From positions 4,192,001-4,256,000 of the forward strand of contig OY762007.1 of assembly GCA_963665115.1 (NCBI GenBank): DNA of 64,000 nucleotides, given 5' to 3'. Position numbers and translations under genes: made by a program. How positions within the stretch are numbered: the first letter of the stretch is position 1; every line of letters starts with the position of its first letter. This DNA is from an uncultured Rivularia sp. (lineage in GTDB: Bacteria; Cyanobacteriota; Cyanobacteriia; Cyanobacteriales; Nostocaceae). A model generated the notes under the pieces. The model did not search any database. It was not told the DNA's origin and worked only from the letters and a program-made list of their open reading frames with translations. Below, in pieces: positions 1 to 10,046 of this stretch.

Positions 1-132
1 GTGGAATATAAATAGCTTGATATAACATTTCCCATAAAAAAGGCTCATCGCTAGGTTCAAGCGGACGAATAAGATAGGACATCATAATCTAAATACAGAT
101 TTTATTAATAATTGCAACGCATTTTTAGATTT

Positions 133-1040
133 CTATAACAACCGTAAAATTTCCAGACAGCGACGAGTAATTTTAATGCGAGCAGGAGCAAATTTAATAT
201 CTGGCATATCAATATTAGTAGCGAAATAATATATTTTATTATTCTGCTCTAAATATCCAACAAACCAACCTGTTTTATCTACCCAACCAGTCTTTGCTCG
301 CAAGGTATAATCGGGTGTCTTCTCGACAATCATAATGTCTTTGAGCAAATTCAAATTGCGCTTTGAGAAAGGTAATTTACCGCTCTGAAACCTTTTTAAA
401 AACTCAATTTGTTGTTTGGGTGTAATTCGTAAATCCCCTTCTAACCAAAAATTATCAATATTTTCAGGTTTACCAATTTGTTGATTGCCATAACTTGTTT
501 GACTAATAAAATGTTGCATCCGCTCGCTGCCAATTTTACGAGCTAAAACTTGATAAAACCAAACCGTTGAATTTTTAAAAGCTTGCCGAAGGTTCGTATC
601 TTGATTCCATATGTCAAAATCCCGTTGGATACCATCCCAAGTTAGAACAGATACGTCATCTTGAATAACTCCAGTTTCCAAAGCTATTAATGTATTTAAA
701 ATCTTAAATGTGGAAGCAGGTAAAAAAGCTTGAGAATTACGAGGAGAATTATGTTCGTAAACTTTATTTTTACTTGCATCGTAAATTAGAATCGAACCAT
801 TAACACCAAAATCTTGAAAAACACGCCCAAAGTCAACTCTATTTGCTGAAATATTAAAATTTAACTCTTCTAATTTAAAATTCTCTTTAACTTCTTCCTC
901 AGCGTCCCCTTCGCGTCTCTGCGGTTTAATATTAATTGATACGCTTCCGATTTTACCGAAACAGTAACCACAGGAAAAATAGTTAATACAGCAAAACTAA
1001 TCCCACAAAATTTCTGGGATAATTGAGAAAATAAAATCAT
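133..1040 (-). CDS. Class D beta-lactamase-like serine hydrolase with signal peptide (frameshift in G run near 906-909); nifD-element cargo
   Basis: Frame of ORF 133..681 extends upstream through PASTFKI (SxxK). STV, FWLEGDLRITP and KTG motifs are present. Hydrophobic leader from ATG at 1040 is in a different frame. Confidence 0.8.
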
Positions 1041-1097
1041 AATAGCCCATTCCGTGATTGTTAGTAAATATCAAATCAAAGCACAAAATTAAAGCTT

Positions 1098-1880
1098 TTA
1101 CAAGTTATTTTCAAACAATTCTATAACATGATTCCAAGCATCAATAGCAGCTTCTCTATTTACACTTGGATTTTGTGCTAAAAATGGATACTTATCTACA
1201 AAAAAACCGGCAAAAAATCCATGTCCTGCATCGTATCTAAATACCCGATGATTAATATTATATTTCTTTAACTCTTCTTCTATTTTTTTATTATCTTCCT
1301 GGGAAACTAAGGAATCTTTAGTACCGAAAAACGTATAAATAGTACCTTGAATTTCAGAAGTACGATTTAATGTTGGAACTTCTTCACCATAACTAGGATT
1401 AGTAATTCCACCACCATAAAACGAAGCTGTTGCTTTGATATCTGGTAATGTTGCAGCCATATAAGCAATATGCCCGCCAAAACAGAAACCAATACAGCTA
1501 ATGGAATCAGCTTTTACATTAGGTAAAGTTTTCAGATAAGCAATTGTAGCTTGAATATCGCTGAATATTTCTTGATACTTTACTTGTTGATAATATTCCA
1601 AACCCAAACGATATGCTTCTGGACTATACCCAATATCTTCCGCGCTAAATCCAAATTCAAAACCAGGAGCAATGCGTTGATACATTGCCGGTGCAATTGC
1701 TATATATCCTTGTTGAGCTATTAATTCAGTAATATCTCGAATATTTCTATTAACGCCAAAAATTTCTTGAAAAACGATAACAGCACCTTTCTTCTTATTA
1801 CCTTCTGGTTGAGCTAAATAAGCATCGATTAATAAATCATTATTAGGAATTTGAACGTTGGTAGAATTAATATTAATCAT
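1098..1880 (-). CDS. Dienelactone hydrolase family protein
   Basis: QEIFGVN, GFCFGG nucleophile motif and GHGF. Confidence 0.9.
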   Translation of the reverse strand: MININSTNVQIPNNDLLIDAYLAQPEGNKKKGAVIVFQEIFGVNRNIRDITELIAQQGYIAIAPAMYQRIAPGFEFGFSAEDIGYSPEAYRLGLEYYQQVKYQEIFSDIQATIAYLKTLPNVKADSISCIGFCFGGHIAYMAATLPDIKATASFYGGGITNPSYGEEVPTLNRTSEIQGTIYTFFGTKDSLVSQEDNKKIEEELKKYNINHRVFRYDAGHGFFAGFFVDKYPFLAQNPSVNREAAIDAWNHVIELFENNL

Positions 1881-1989
1881 AGGGCTTTTTCCCTTTAAAA
1901 AACTTGATAAAACTGATTTTCACTTAAATAATTAGGTTGCCTAACAATATAAAATTAGACAACCCAATCATGAAAATACTATAACAAAT

Positions 1990-2391
1990 TTACTGCAAAG
2001 CTTTTGATAAAATACCCGCTACATCCGCTCCACCTTTCTGCTGCACAAAACTGAGAATTATAGGGAAGAATTTAGTTACCATATTGCCATCCATTCCCAA
2101 CTTAGAGAAACCACCAGCCAAACTCATTAAATTTCCTAAAGCAGCACCTTGACCACCACCCATCATACCAGCAGCCATGCCACCTAAAGCACCCATCATT
2201 CCACCGCCGCCGGATTCTTCGGTAGGTGCAGAACCTAAAAGCACATCAGAACCGGGAATAGCTGATGCAACTTTTGCAAATTCCCCACCACCAAGTTTAT
2301 CCTGAGCAAGCTTCAAGATTAAACCAGCCCCACCTTTTGCTTGATCTTCCCCTACGCCAAGATTGCTTACTAATTGTTGAACGAGTTCCAT
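1990..2391 (-). CDS. Gly/Met-rich small protein (DUF2780-like)
   Basis: MELVQQLVSNLGV..QAKGGAG N-terminus and Gly-rich centre. Confidence 0.6.
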   Translation of the reverse strand: MELVQQLVSNLGVGEDQAKGGAGLILKLAQDKLGGGEFAKVASAIPGSDVLLGSAPTEESGGGGMMGALGGMAAGMMGGGQGAALGNLMSLAGGFSKLGMDGNMVTKFFPIILSFVQQKGGADVAGILSKALQ

Positions 2392-2686
2392 AATTTAACT
2401 CCTGTTTAAAATTAACGATTTACTATTTTTAGTATTCCGCATTACACGAGTTCATTTACCCATCGATTGTACCTGCCGTCAAGGTATGAGAAATAGTTAT
2501 ATGTGATGTGTTGTGATGTGGTGCATTCAGCCGAAATTCTGGGGCGATCGCGCTGTATTGATCTTAATAAATTATCATAAATAAAAGTCAACTGTAGGTT
2601 GGGTTAGGCGCATTTTTAACTTTGATATTGAATGAAAAATCTTGAATTACGCCGTAACCCAACAGTTAATTGTGTTGCGAATATTT

Positions 2687-3965
2687 CTAATCTCTATAAA
2701 CCTTCTCCATCCTCAATTTCTCAACCTCCAACTTCAATCTTTGATTTTCTTCTTTAATCACCTCTACTTCATTCCTTTTACTCAAAGCCGTATCAATAGC
2801 TAACTTCCGCATATCCAAGGAAAACCAACGCTGATAAGTTTGAGTATGCACCTGTACGCTGTGACCCCAAATTATCTGCTGCTGCTTTGATGGGAATTCC
2901 TAATATATGCGCTCGAATTGCCCAAGCATGACGTAAGTCATAGGGTTTAAAGTCTAATCCAATTTTACGAAACCACCAGCTAACTCGTTGCGTTAATGCG
3001 GTTATCTGTGCATGATTTTTTTGATCTTTTTTATCGATTGCATCTACCAGCATTTCTAAATATTTGGGATTTCTTAAATTAAAGTCTGCAATCCATTGTT
3101 TATATAAAGGTAGTGCTTCTCTTTCCCCCGTTTTGCAATCTCTATCTACCTTCCAGGTCATATCTGCATTATCTTCGCTTAACCACCACTCAACGTTGGG
3201 GTTGATAAACAATTCTCGCGGACGCAAACCGTACACCGCAAGCATCCCATATATCCAGCGCCATAGTTGCCAGCTATCTTTAACATTTTGATTAACTTGT
3301 TTGCCTCTAATGTTAAGGTAATCTGCAAATTTGATAAATCCTGTAGATATTTCTGCATCGGTGGGTATCTTACGAGAATTATGTTCCGGCATTTTGGAAT
3401 ATTTTGATAAATCAATCTCGATTTTGAACGTTGTGCAAAATGCTGATATTGCTCTGGCTGCATTGTATCTCGCCCATTCTTTATCGATTTTTTCAATTGC
3501 ACCGATCAGATTTTCGGCGATCGCCAAATCTTGAGAATTAGTATATCGTTTGGTTCGAGTAAAATAATAGTAAAAAGTATGTTCGCTTTTAGTAGTGCGT
3601 TGATGGGTTTGAAAATATTCTAATTCAAATTTATCCAATAATTCACCTATAGTTTTAAAGTCTTTATTTCTTGCTTCTCTTCCTAGATATTTATCATTCC
3701 ATACAAAAGTTTTACGAGCAATTAATTTACCTAACTCGTATGCTTCCTCCTCAGCAGTTTTTAAACCATCTAAATTAGCCGGAAGATTTAAACTAATATT
3801 GTATTGCTTTTTACTCGTTCCTTTTTTATCTATATCTCCTGGTTTACTTGGTAAAGTAGCACGCAATTGTAAACTGCCGTTAGATTCTCTAATAGTAACT
3901 TTTGTCTTGGCTAATTTGAAACGCTGGTTTACTTTTTCTAATTCTAATAAGAGTTTTTCTTTCAT
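2687..3965 (-). CDS. xisA: XisA-type tyrosine recombinase (excisase) of the nifD element; +1 frameshift at 2865-2868
   Basis: RESNGSLQLRATLP, YGLRPRE and YDLRHAWAIR. Removing one C restores LGHSVQVHTQTYQRWF with the catalytic Tyr and a stop at 2687-2689. Lies antisense next to the nifD core repeat. Confidence 0.9.
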
Positions 3966-3992
3966 ATGTAATTTTTACGGTTATAGAACTAG

Positions 3993-4042
3993 TTTGTAGT
4001 AAAGACTTTAGTATTCATAGGGTTAAAGCCCTTACTACGAAC
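3993..4042. repeat. REP-like palindromic dispersed repeat (GTTYGTAGTA...TACTACGAAC family)
   Basis: Imperfect inverted repeat with the same termini as the copy at 34258-34313. Confidence 0.6.
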
Positions 4043-4105
4043 AAAAAATCTCAATCCTAGAAATGCATCGTTTTATTTAGGCTAAAGCAAATCGTAAAAT
4101 AAATA

Positions 4106-4152
4106 TGTAACAAAAGAACAATGTTTAATGCTTACATTGTTCTTAAAAAACA
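4106..4152. promoter_or_regulatory. Three tandem TGT-N9-ACA sites upstream of xisA (NtcA-type sites as described upstream of Anabaena xisA)
   Basis: TGTaacaaaagaACA at 4106, TGTttaatgcttACA at 4122, TGTtcttaaaaaACA at 4138; 16-bp period. Confidence 0.7.
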
Positions 4153-4185
4153 TGAAAATACTTATTTTTAAAAAATAATAAAAAG

Positions 4186-4341
4186 GATTACTCCGGTCCT
4201 TATCACGGTTATGATGGCTTCGCTATCTTCGCTCGTGACATGGATCTAGCAATCAACAATCCTTCCTGGAAATTGATTGGAACTCCTTGGAAGAAAGAAG
4301 AAGCTGCTGCTACTAATCAAGCTGCTAAAGCTTCTGTTTAG
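4186..4341 (+). CDS. nifD: Nitrogenase MoFe alpha chain, 3' segment
   Basis: [37 protein letters not shown]...stop; not in the ORF track. Confidence 0.95.
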   Translation, partial: DYSGPYHGYDGFAIFARDMDLAINNPSWKLIGTPWKKEEAAATNQAAKASV

Positions 4342-4351
4342 GGATTAAAGA

Positions 4352-4379
4352 AATAGGACGGGGGAACATCCCCCTATTT
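4352..4379 (+). terminator. Stem-loop in the nifD-nifK spacer
   Basis: aatagg..gggga-aca-tcccc..ctatt inverted repeat. Confidence 0.45.
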
Positions 4380-4452
4380 CTTATCTCCCAATCAAACCAC
4401 TAACTTTTATTTATAAACGACGATTATACTCGTCAAACTTGGAGAACACATA

Positions 4453-4724
4453 ATGCCACAGAATCCAGATAAAATTCAAGATCACGTAGAGCTATTTCAC
4501 CAGCCTGAATACCAAGAGCTTTTCGAGGGCAAGAAGAAGTTTGAAGGTGGACACGACCCCCGAAGAAGTTAAGAAAATTGCAGAATGGACTAAATCTTGG
4601 GAATATCGCGAAAAGAACTTCAGCCGTGAAGCTTTGACCGTAAACCCTGCTAAAGCTTGTCAGCCTTTAGGAGCAATCTATGCTGCTGCTGGCTTTGAAG
4701 GTACATTACCTTTCGTCCAAGGCA
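4453..4724 (+). CDS. nifK: Nitrogenase MoFe beta chain, segment 1 (extra C at 4557-4561)
   Basis: MPQNPDKIQDHVELFHQPEY...VNPAKACQPLG...TLPFVQG. GGAGA RBS upstream. Homology stops at the core TCCAAGGCA. Confidence 0.95.
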
Positions 4725-6561
4725 ATAAATTTCTAATCTTGAAACACTTATAATCAGAAAAGTTTCAATCTTTTCAAGATAGCAGTTGCTTTAATCTTGC
4801 TTCTTAACTAACTATTCTTTTAATCCAAAAATCGATAAAAGTACTAATTGTAATATATAAATCAAGCTTTATTAAGTTGCTTATAATTTGCTTAATTAAA
4901 ATTGTAAATATTACAAACAAACATAATCTTTATCATGTTCGTTGAGAACAACTATGGATGTATATATAAATATTGAAGCTAAATTTAGGCTAATAATAAA
5001 AAAACAGGTCGAATAACCTGTTAATAACTACAAATATTACGCTTAGGTTAATTCATCTGTATAGTTAAACGTAATTTAGTTAATTCCAATTCTAATTCCA
5101 GGTTTCTTTTACGTAAAGCTGCTATTTCATCTTTCAATTTATCAATCCGATCAATTTCTTCAAAGGTTTGATTAAATGCTGTACGTCTATTTTCTAAGCT
5201 AAACCATCGCTGATAAGTCTTAGTATGCTCTTCCACTGTATGACCTAAATTATCAGCAGCAGCTTTAATCGGGACTCCTTGTAATTGTGCCCTAATAGCG
5301 CAAGCATGGCGTAAATCGTAAGGTACAAAGGGTATTTTTGTTGATGAGAAATATTTAGATATAACGCTAACTTTATCAGTGAGTTGTCTCTCCGAATTCC
5401 AAATAGAAAATGATTTTAATGCATCTATACCTTCAAAATCATTTTTTAAATTTAAAAGTTGAATCCACTCGGGTACGAAAGGAAAAACTTCTCTGTATCC
5501 AGTTTTATTTGATTCATGTACTTTAAAAGTATTGTAATTATTCTCGGATGACATTAACCAGTTTAAATCTGGATGATTAATTATTTCTCTAGGGCGTAAA
5601 CCGTAAATAGCTAATAGTTTATAGATAAACTTCATAGCTCTGTTTTTAGGAATAGTCTTACTACCATATCTAGATATTGTTTTTATTCTTTCATCAAACA
5701 ATGAGATTGATTTAGCTATCAGACTGTCGCTAGGTATATCTCTGTGTTTTGGCTTTTGCTTTAATTTTAAATTATTAAAACTAGCTTCAATTTGTAATTC
5801 CTGGCAAATATAATCAACAGCCCTAATTGTTTTATTCCGGGTATATGGTTCTTGTATAGATAATATTCTTTGCTTTAAAGTATCAGCGTTTATCATTTCA
5901 TCACCCATCAAAGCTTTATGAAATGAGTATCTTAAACTATGGAAAGTATGTTCGCTTTTTAAAGTTTTCTTTCTCTTGCTAAAGTATCTATCTTCTAATT
6001 GATTGTAAAATTCGTCATAAGTAATATTTTTATTTTTTAAAGCTTGTTGCCCTAAATATTTATCAGTCCACTGAAAAATGTGACGAGCGATTAACTTACC
6101 TAACTCACAAGCTTCTTCTTCAGCCGTCTTTAGCCCGTCAAAACTAGCTGGTATCCCCAGACTTATTTTATATTGCTTCTTGTCTTTAGCTTGCTTGTGA
6201 GTATCACCAGGTTTGAGTGGAAGTGTGGCGAGTAATTGTATTGCTCCTCCTGTAGCAGTCAAAGTAACCTTACACTTGCTAGCTTTTAGTCTTTGATTAA
6301 CTTCGATCAATTCCTCTTCAAATTTCATATCAAAATGTTTTTTTGTCATGTCTGAGATATTCTTCATACCTCTATAGGTTCCATCAGAAGTGCTAGGAAC
6401 TTCAAAGTCGCTAAAAACCTTGTCCTGTATGTCTTTCATAAATTTGCTTAAATATTGCTTAAAAATTGGAATGTTCTACTTGAACTAACATTATTTGAAA
6501 TAAGTTTATAGCAAACATTATAGACTTTTTAATGCTTTAAACAAACCATAGTTCCAAGGCA
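4716..6561. mobile_element. nifK excision element 1 (1837 bp excised), core direct repeat TCCAAGGCA
   Basis: TCCAAGGCA at 4716-4724 and 6553-6561. Recombination restores V-Q-G-S-Q-G-C in frame. Confidence 0.95.
5048..6439 (-). CDS. XisA/XisC-family tyrosine recombinase of nifK element 1
   Basis: YGLRPRE, YDLRHACAIR, LGHTVEEHTKTYQRWF and a C-terminal coiled coil. Confidence 0.93.
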   Translation of the reverse strand: MKDIQDKVFSDFEVPSTSDGTYRGMKNISDMTKKHFDMKFEEELIEVNQRLKASKCKVTLTATGGAIQLLATLPLKPGDTHKQAKDKKQYKISLGIPASFDGLKTAEEEACELGKLIARHIFQWTDKYLGQQALKNKNITYDEFYNQLEDRYFSKRKKTLKSEHTFHSLRYSFHKALMGDEMINADTLKQRILSIQEPYTRNKTIRAVDYICQELQIEASFNNLKLKQKPKHRDIPSDSLIAKSISLFDERIKTISRYGSKTIPKNRAMKFIYKLLAIYGLRPREIINHPDLNWLMSSENNYNTFKVHESNKTGYREVFPFVPEWIQLLNLKNDFEGIDALKSFSIWNSERQLTDKVSVISKYFSSTKIPFVPYDLRHACAIRAQLQGVPIKAAADNLGHTVEEHTKTYQRWFSLENRRTAFNQTFEEIDRIDKLKDEIAALRKRNLELELELTKLRLTIQMN

Positions 6562-6586
6562 GTCAAGGTTGTGTGGCTTACTTCCG
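6553..6586 (+). CDS. nifK: nifK segment 2, 34-bp micro-segment (QGSQGCVAYFR)
   Basis: CAA GGC AGT CAA GGT TGT GTG GCT TAC TTC CG supplies exactly the residues missing between segments 1 and 3. Confidence 0.95.
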
Positions 6587-8436
6587 ATTCAATTTAATAA
6601 TCTTTGAAATATTTAAAAATAAAACGTTGAGAAATCATATTTTGTTTCTCACTACTATTTCACTATAATTACTAGCTAGATAGACCTAATCTTCAATAGA
6701 AACAACAAACTTACTTGCAATTATTACACTATTTTTCACCTAACTATTAAATTTAACAAAATCATTGAAAATAGGAAGTATAATTAAAATTGTCTTTAAG
6801 TGAATTCAAAGAATAAATTAGTAGATTATAAATTATAGCAAGCAGTTTTTATGACCATCGAAAAAACAAAAAGTAGGCATTCTCAGCCTACTTTAAAAAA
6901 GGGTGTTAAGTTTGATAGCAAATAATCACATCATCTGAGAAAATTTAAATCTAGCTAATTCAGTTTCTAATTCAGCTATACGCTTTTTAAGACCTGTATT
7001 TTCCACTTCAAGTTCATTAAGTCTAGACATCTGATTAAAAGTTTGATTAAAAGCTTTTCTTCTATTCTCCAAACCGAACCATCTTTGATAAACTTTAGTA
7101 TGCATCTCTACAGAATGACCTAAGTTATCGGCTGCGGCTTTAATAGGTACTCCTTGCAGGTGTGCCCGAATAGCACAAGCGTGACGTAAATCATATGGAG
7201 AAAAAGAGATTCCGCAACTTTTAAAGCTACCTGCTATCTTATTTACTTTGCTAGATAATTCAATTGCAGTTCCCTTGCTAAAAGAATACTCTTTTAACAT
7301 ATGTAATCCTTTTTGATTTTTTACATCAAAAAGTTCAATCCATTCAGGTACAAACGGAAAAACTTCCCTGTATCCAGTTTTATTTGATTCATGTACTTTA
7401 AAAGTATTGTGTTCGTTTTCGGGAGATACAAGCCAATCCAGATCGGGATTATTCATCACTTCTCTAGGACGTAAACCATAAACAGCTAACAATGCATAAA
7501 CTGTTTTATACTTCAACCAATTATTTTCATATTTTTTTTGACCTTTGACTTTTTCATTAAAATGTTTTTCAAAAAAAAGTATTCCTGTTTCAATCTCTTT
7601 ATCGGTAGGTATCAATCTTTGTTGAGGTTTTGTTTTAGGTATCAAGTCTGATAAATTAGCTTTAATCCCTAATGAGTTAAGAATTATCTTACCCATAGTA
7701 ACCATTGTCCTTTTGGATGCATCATATGGTACTTTCTTAATTTTATCCCTAACTGAAAACTCTGTAATTACTTCACTCCCAGAAAAAACTGCTCTGTATC
7801 TTCTTTTGTAGCTAAGTAAAGTTCCTTCACTTTTGATAGTTCTTTTTCTCTCCGAAAAATATCTTTCCTCAAACTGTTCGTAAAACTCATCAAATGTTAT
7901 GGTCTTTTTCTTCTTCGCTTGAACTCCTAAATATTTATCATTCCAAATAAAAGTTTTACGAGCGATTAACTTTCCTAATTCCTGTGCTTCTTCTTCAGCA
8001 GTTTTTAAGCCATCGAAATTAGCTGGAATACCTAACGATATAGTGTACTGCTTTTTATCTTGACCTTTTGAATCAGTGTCACCGAGTTTCAATGGGAGAG
8101 TAGCCCGTAACTGAATAGTTCCACTCCTAGATTCTATGCTTACTTTTGTTTTACCAGCTTTCAATCGTTTATTAATTTCTGTTATTTCTTGCCCGAACTT
8201 GGCTTGTACGTGTTTACGAGTTTCACTCACGTGTCTTTTGAGTCCTAAATAACTACCGTCGGTAGTTGCTGGAGGTTCAAAGTCTTCAAAAACCTTTCCC
8301 TGTATATCTGCCATGTTTACACTAGATGTACACTAAAATATTTTCAGTTCGCTACAAACAAGTAAACAAACTTTCATTTGATCTCTGTAAACATTTTAGG
8401 TTTAATTAGACTTCTTACTCAAGTGGAATACTTCCG
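6579..8436. mobile_element. nifK excision element 2 (1850 bp excised), core direct repeat TACTTCCG
   Basis: TACTTCCG at 6579-6586 and 8429-8436 (extended GTGGnnTACTTCCG). Recombination restores AYFRSHLTRHF. Confidence 0.95.
6926..8314 (-). CDS. XisA/XisC-family tyrosine recombinase of nifK element 2
   Basis: YGLRPRE, YDLRHACAIR and LGHSVEMHTKVYQRWF. Confidence 0.93.
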   Translation of the reverse strand: MADIQGKVFEDFEPPATTDGSYLGLKRHVSETRKHVQAKFGQEITEINKRLKAGKTKVSIESRSGTIQLRATLPLKLGDTDSKGQDKKQYTISLGIPANFDGLKTAEEEAQELGKLIARKTFIWNDKYLGVQAKKKKTITFDEFYEQFEERYFSERKRTIKSEGTLLSYKRRYRAVFSGSEVITEFSVRDKIKKVPYDASKRTMVTMGKIILNSLGIKANLSDLIPKTKPQQRLIPTDKEIETGILFFEKHFNEKVKGQKKYENNWLKYKTVYALLAVYGLRPREVMNNPDLDWLVSPENEHNTFKVHESNKTGYREVFPFVPEWIELFDVKNQKGLHMLKEYSFSKGTAIELSSKVNKIAGSFKSCGISFSPYDLRHACAIRAHLQGVPIKAAADNLGHSVEMHTKVYQRWFGLENRRKAFNQTFNQMSRLNELEVENTGLKKRIAELETELARFKFSQMM

Positions 8437-9676
8437 TTCCCACTTAACCCGTCACTTCAAAGAGCCTTTCTCTGCTGTTTCTTCTTCAATGACTGAAGAT
8501 GCTGCGGTATTCGGTGGTTTGAAGAATATGATTGATGGTTTGACTAATGCTTACGAGCTTTACAAGCCTAAAATGATTGCCGTTTCCACTACCTGTATGG
8601 CTGAGGTAATTGGAGATGACTTGGGTTCATTTATCGGTAATACTAAAAATGAAGGTGGTATTCCTGAAGATTTACCCGTACCTTTCGCTCACACTCCTAG
8701 CTTCGTAGGTTCTCATATTACCGGCTACGATAATATGATGAAGGGTATTCTTCAAAACCTGACTCAAGGTAAGAAGAAAGATAAAACCAATGGCAAAATC
8801 AATATCATTCCTGGTTTTGATACCTACGTTGGCAACTTGCGCGAAGTTAAGCGTATTGCTAAGTTAATGGATATTGACTACACCTTGTTGGCTGACAACT
8901 CCGATTACGTTGATGCACCCAACGATGGTAAGTTCAATATGTACCCCAAAGGTACAAAATTGGAAGATGCTGCTGATTCTTGCAATGCTGAAGCTACACT
9001 TTGCTTGCAAGCACATTCTACTCCTAAGACTCGCGAGTTAATAGAGAAAGAGTGGAAGCAACCCACTTCAGTTATTCGCCCTTGGGGTATTCGCGGAACT
9101 GATGAGTTCTTAATGAAACTCAGCGAATTGACTGGTAAGCCCATTCCTCAAGAGTTAGAAGAAGAGCGCGGCCGTGCAGTTGACGCTATGACTGACTCTC
9201 ACGCTTGGTTACACGGAAAGAAATTTGCTATCTTCGGCGACCCCGATTTAGTATATGGTATGACCAGCTTCTTAATGGAATTAGGTGCAGAACCCGTTCA
9301 CGTTTTGGTTCACAACTCCAACGAGAAGTTCAAAACCGAAATCGAAGAGTTATGCTCTAGCAACGAATACGGTAAAGGTGCAACCTTCTGGCCTGGTAAA
9401 GACTTGTGGCATATGCGTTCTTTACTATTCACCGAGCCTGTAGACTTCATGATCGGTAACTCCTACGGTAAGTACTTGGAGCGCGATACCAAGACTCCTT
9501 TAATCAGAGTTGGTTATCCTATCATGGATCGTCACAATCTACACCGTTACTCTACCATTGGTTATGAAGGTACAATCAACCTAATTACCTGGGTTGTAAA
9601 CGCTATCTTTGAAGAAATCGATCGTAGCACCAACATTCCTTCTAAGACAGATATTTCCTTCGACTTAATTCGTTAG
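8429..9676 (+). CDS. nifK: Nitrogenase MoFe beta chain, segment 3
   Basis: YFRSHLTRHFKEP..TTCMAEVIGDD..SFDLIR. The rejoined gene encodes 511 aa after correcting one base. Confidence 0.97.
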   Translation, partial: YFRSHLTRHFKEPFSAVSSSMTEDAAVFGGLKNMIDGLTNAYELYKPKMIAVSTTCMAEVIGDDLGSFIGNTKNEGGIPEDLPVPFAHTPSFVGSHITGYDNMMKGILQNLTQGKKKDKTNGKINIIPGFDTYVGNLREVKRIAKLMDIDYTLLADNSDYVDAPNDGKFNMYPKGTKLEDAADSCNAEATLCLQAHSTPKTRELIEKEWKQPTSVIRPWGIRGTDEFLMKLSELTGKPIPQELEEERGRAVDAMTDSHAWLHGKKFAIFGDPDLVYGMTSFLMELGAEPVHVLVHNSNEKFKTEIEELCSSNEYGKGATFWPGKDLWHMRSLLFTEPVDFMIGNSYGKYLERDTKTPLIRVGYPIMDRHNLHRYSTIGYEGTINLITWVVNAIFEEIDRSTNIPSKTDISFDLIR

Positions 9677-9831
9677 AAATTAAGTTAACCCACGAATGTC
9701 GCTTGCCTTTTGAGAAAAAGGTAATGGTAATTAAGGATGAGGTATAAAGGCTCAAGTATGAAATAGTTGTATTTTTCATCCTTCATCCTTTATACTTCTG
9801 ACTTCCTTTTTTACCTTTTCCTTTTTTCAAA

Positions 9832-9876
9832 GGGCATTGGGCATTGGGCATTGGGCATTGGGAATTGGGCATTGGG
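9832..9876. repeat. STRR heptamer tandem repeat (GGGCATT)
   Basis: About 6 tandem copies. Confidence 0.85.
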
Positions 9877-10046
9877 AAAATACAAATATTAGTATAATCA
9901 GCTATTTAAGTATATTTTAGTTATTTTGAATTTATATAAAATTGATCGTACCAAAATATAGGATTATGTTTTATAAAATCATCTGAATTCAAATTAAAGC
10001 AGACTTTTTCAAATAAATAATTCATACTTTACTATTAGGCTTAAAA

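Larger units (their letters stand above)
1..4195. mobile_element. nifD excision element, right part (left end outside window)
   Basis: GGATTACTCCG at 4185-4195 is the known 11-bp nifD-element repeat. nifD homology begins exactly there and xisA is adjacent. Confidence 0.9.

Noticed and set aside
2594..2665. Inverted repeat downstream of xisA as an element end
   Set aside because: Matches REP-like gtaggttgggtta..taacccaac repeats; no nifD core repeat or nifD sequence is there.
4541..4753. 70-aa ORF as a separate gene
   Set aside because: It is nifK segment 1 after a homopolymer frameshift, reading into element 1.
8378..8428. N-terminal 17 aa (MISVNILG...) of the ORF-track NifK
   Set aside because: It is element DNA that happens to be in frame; real nifK resumes at the core at 8429.
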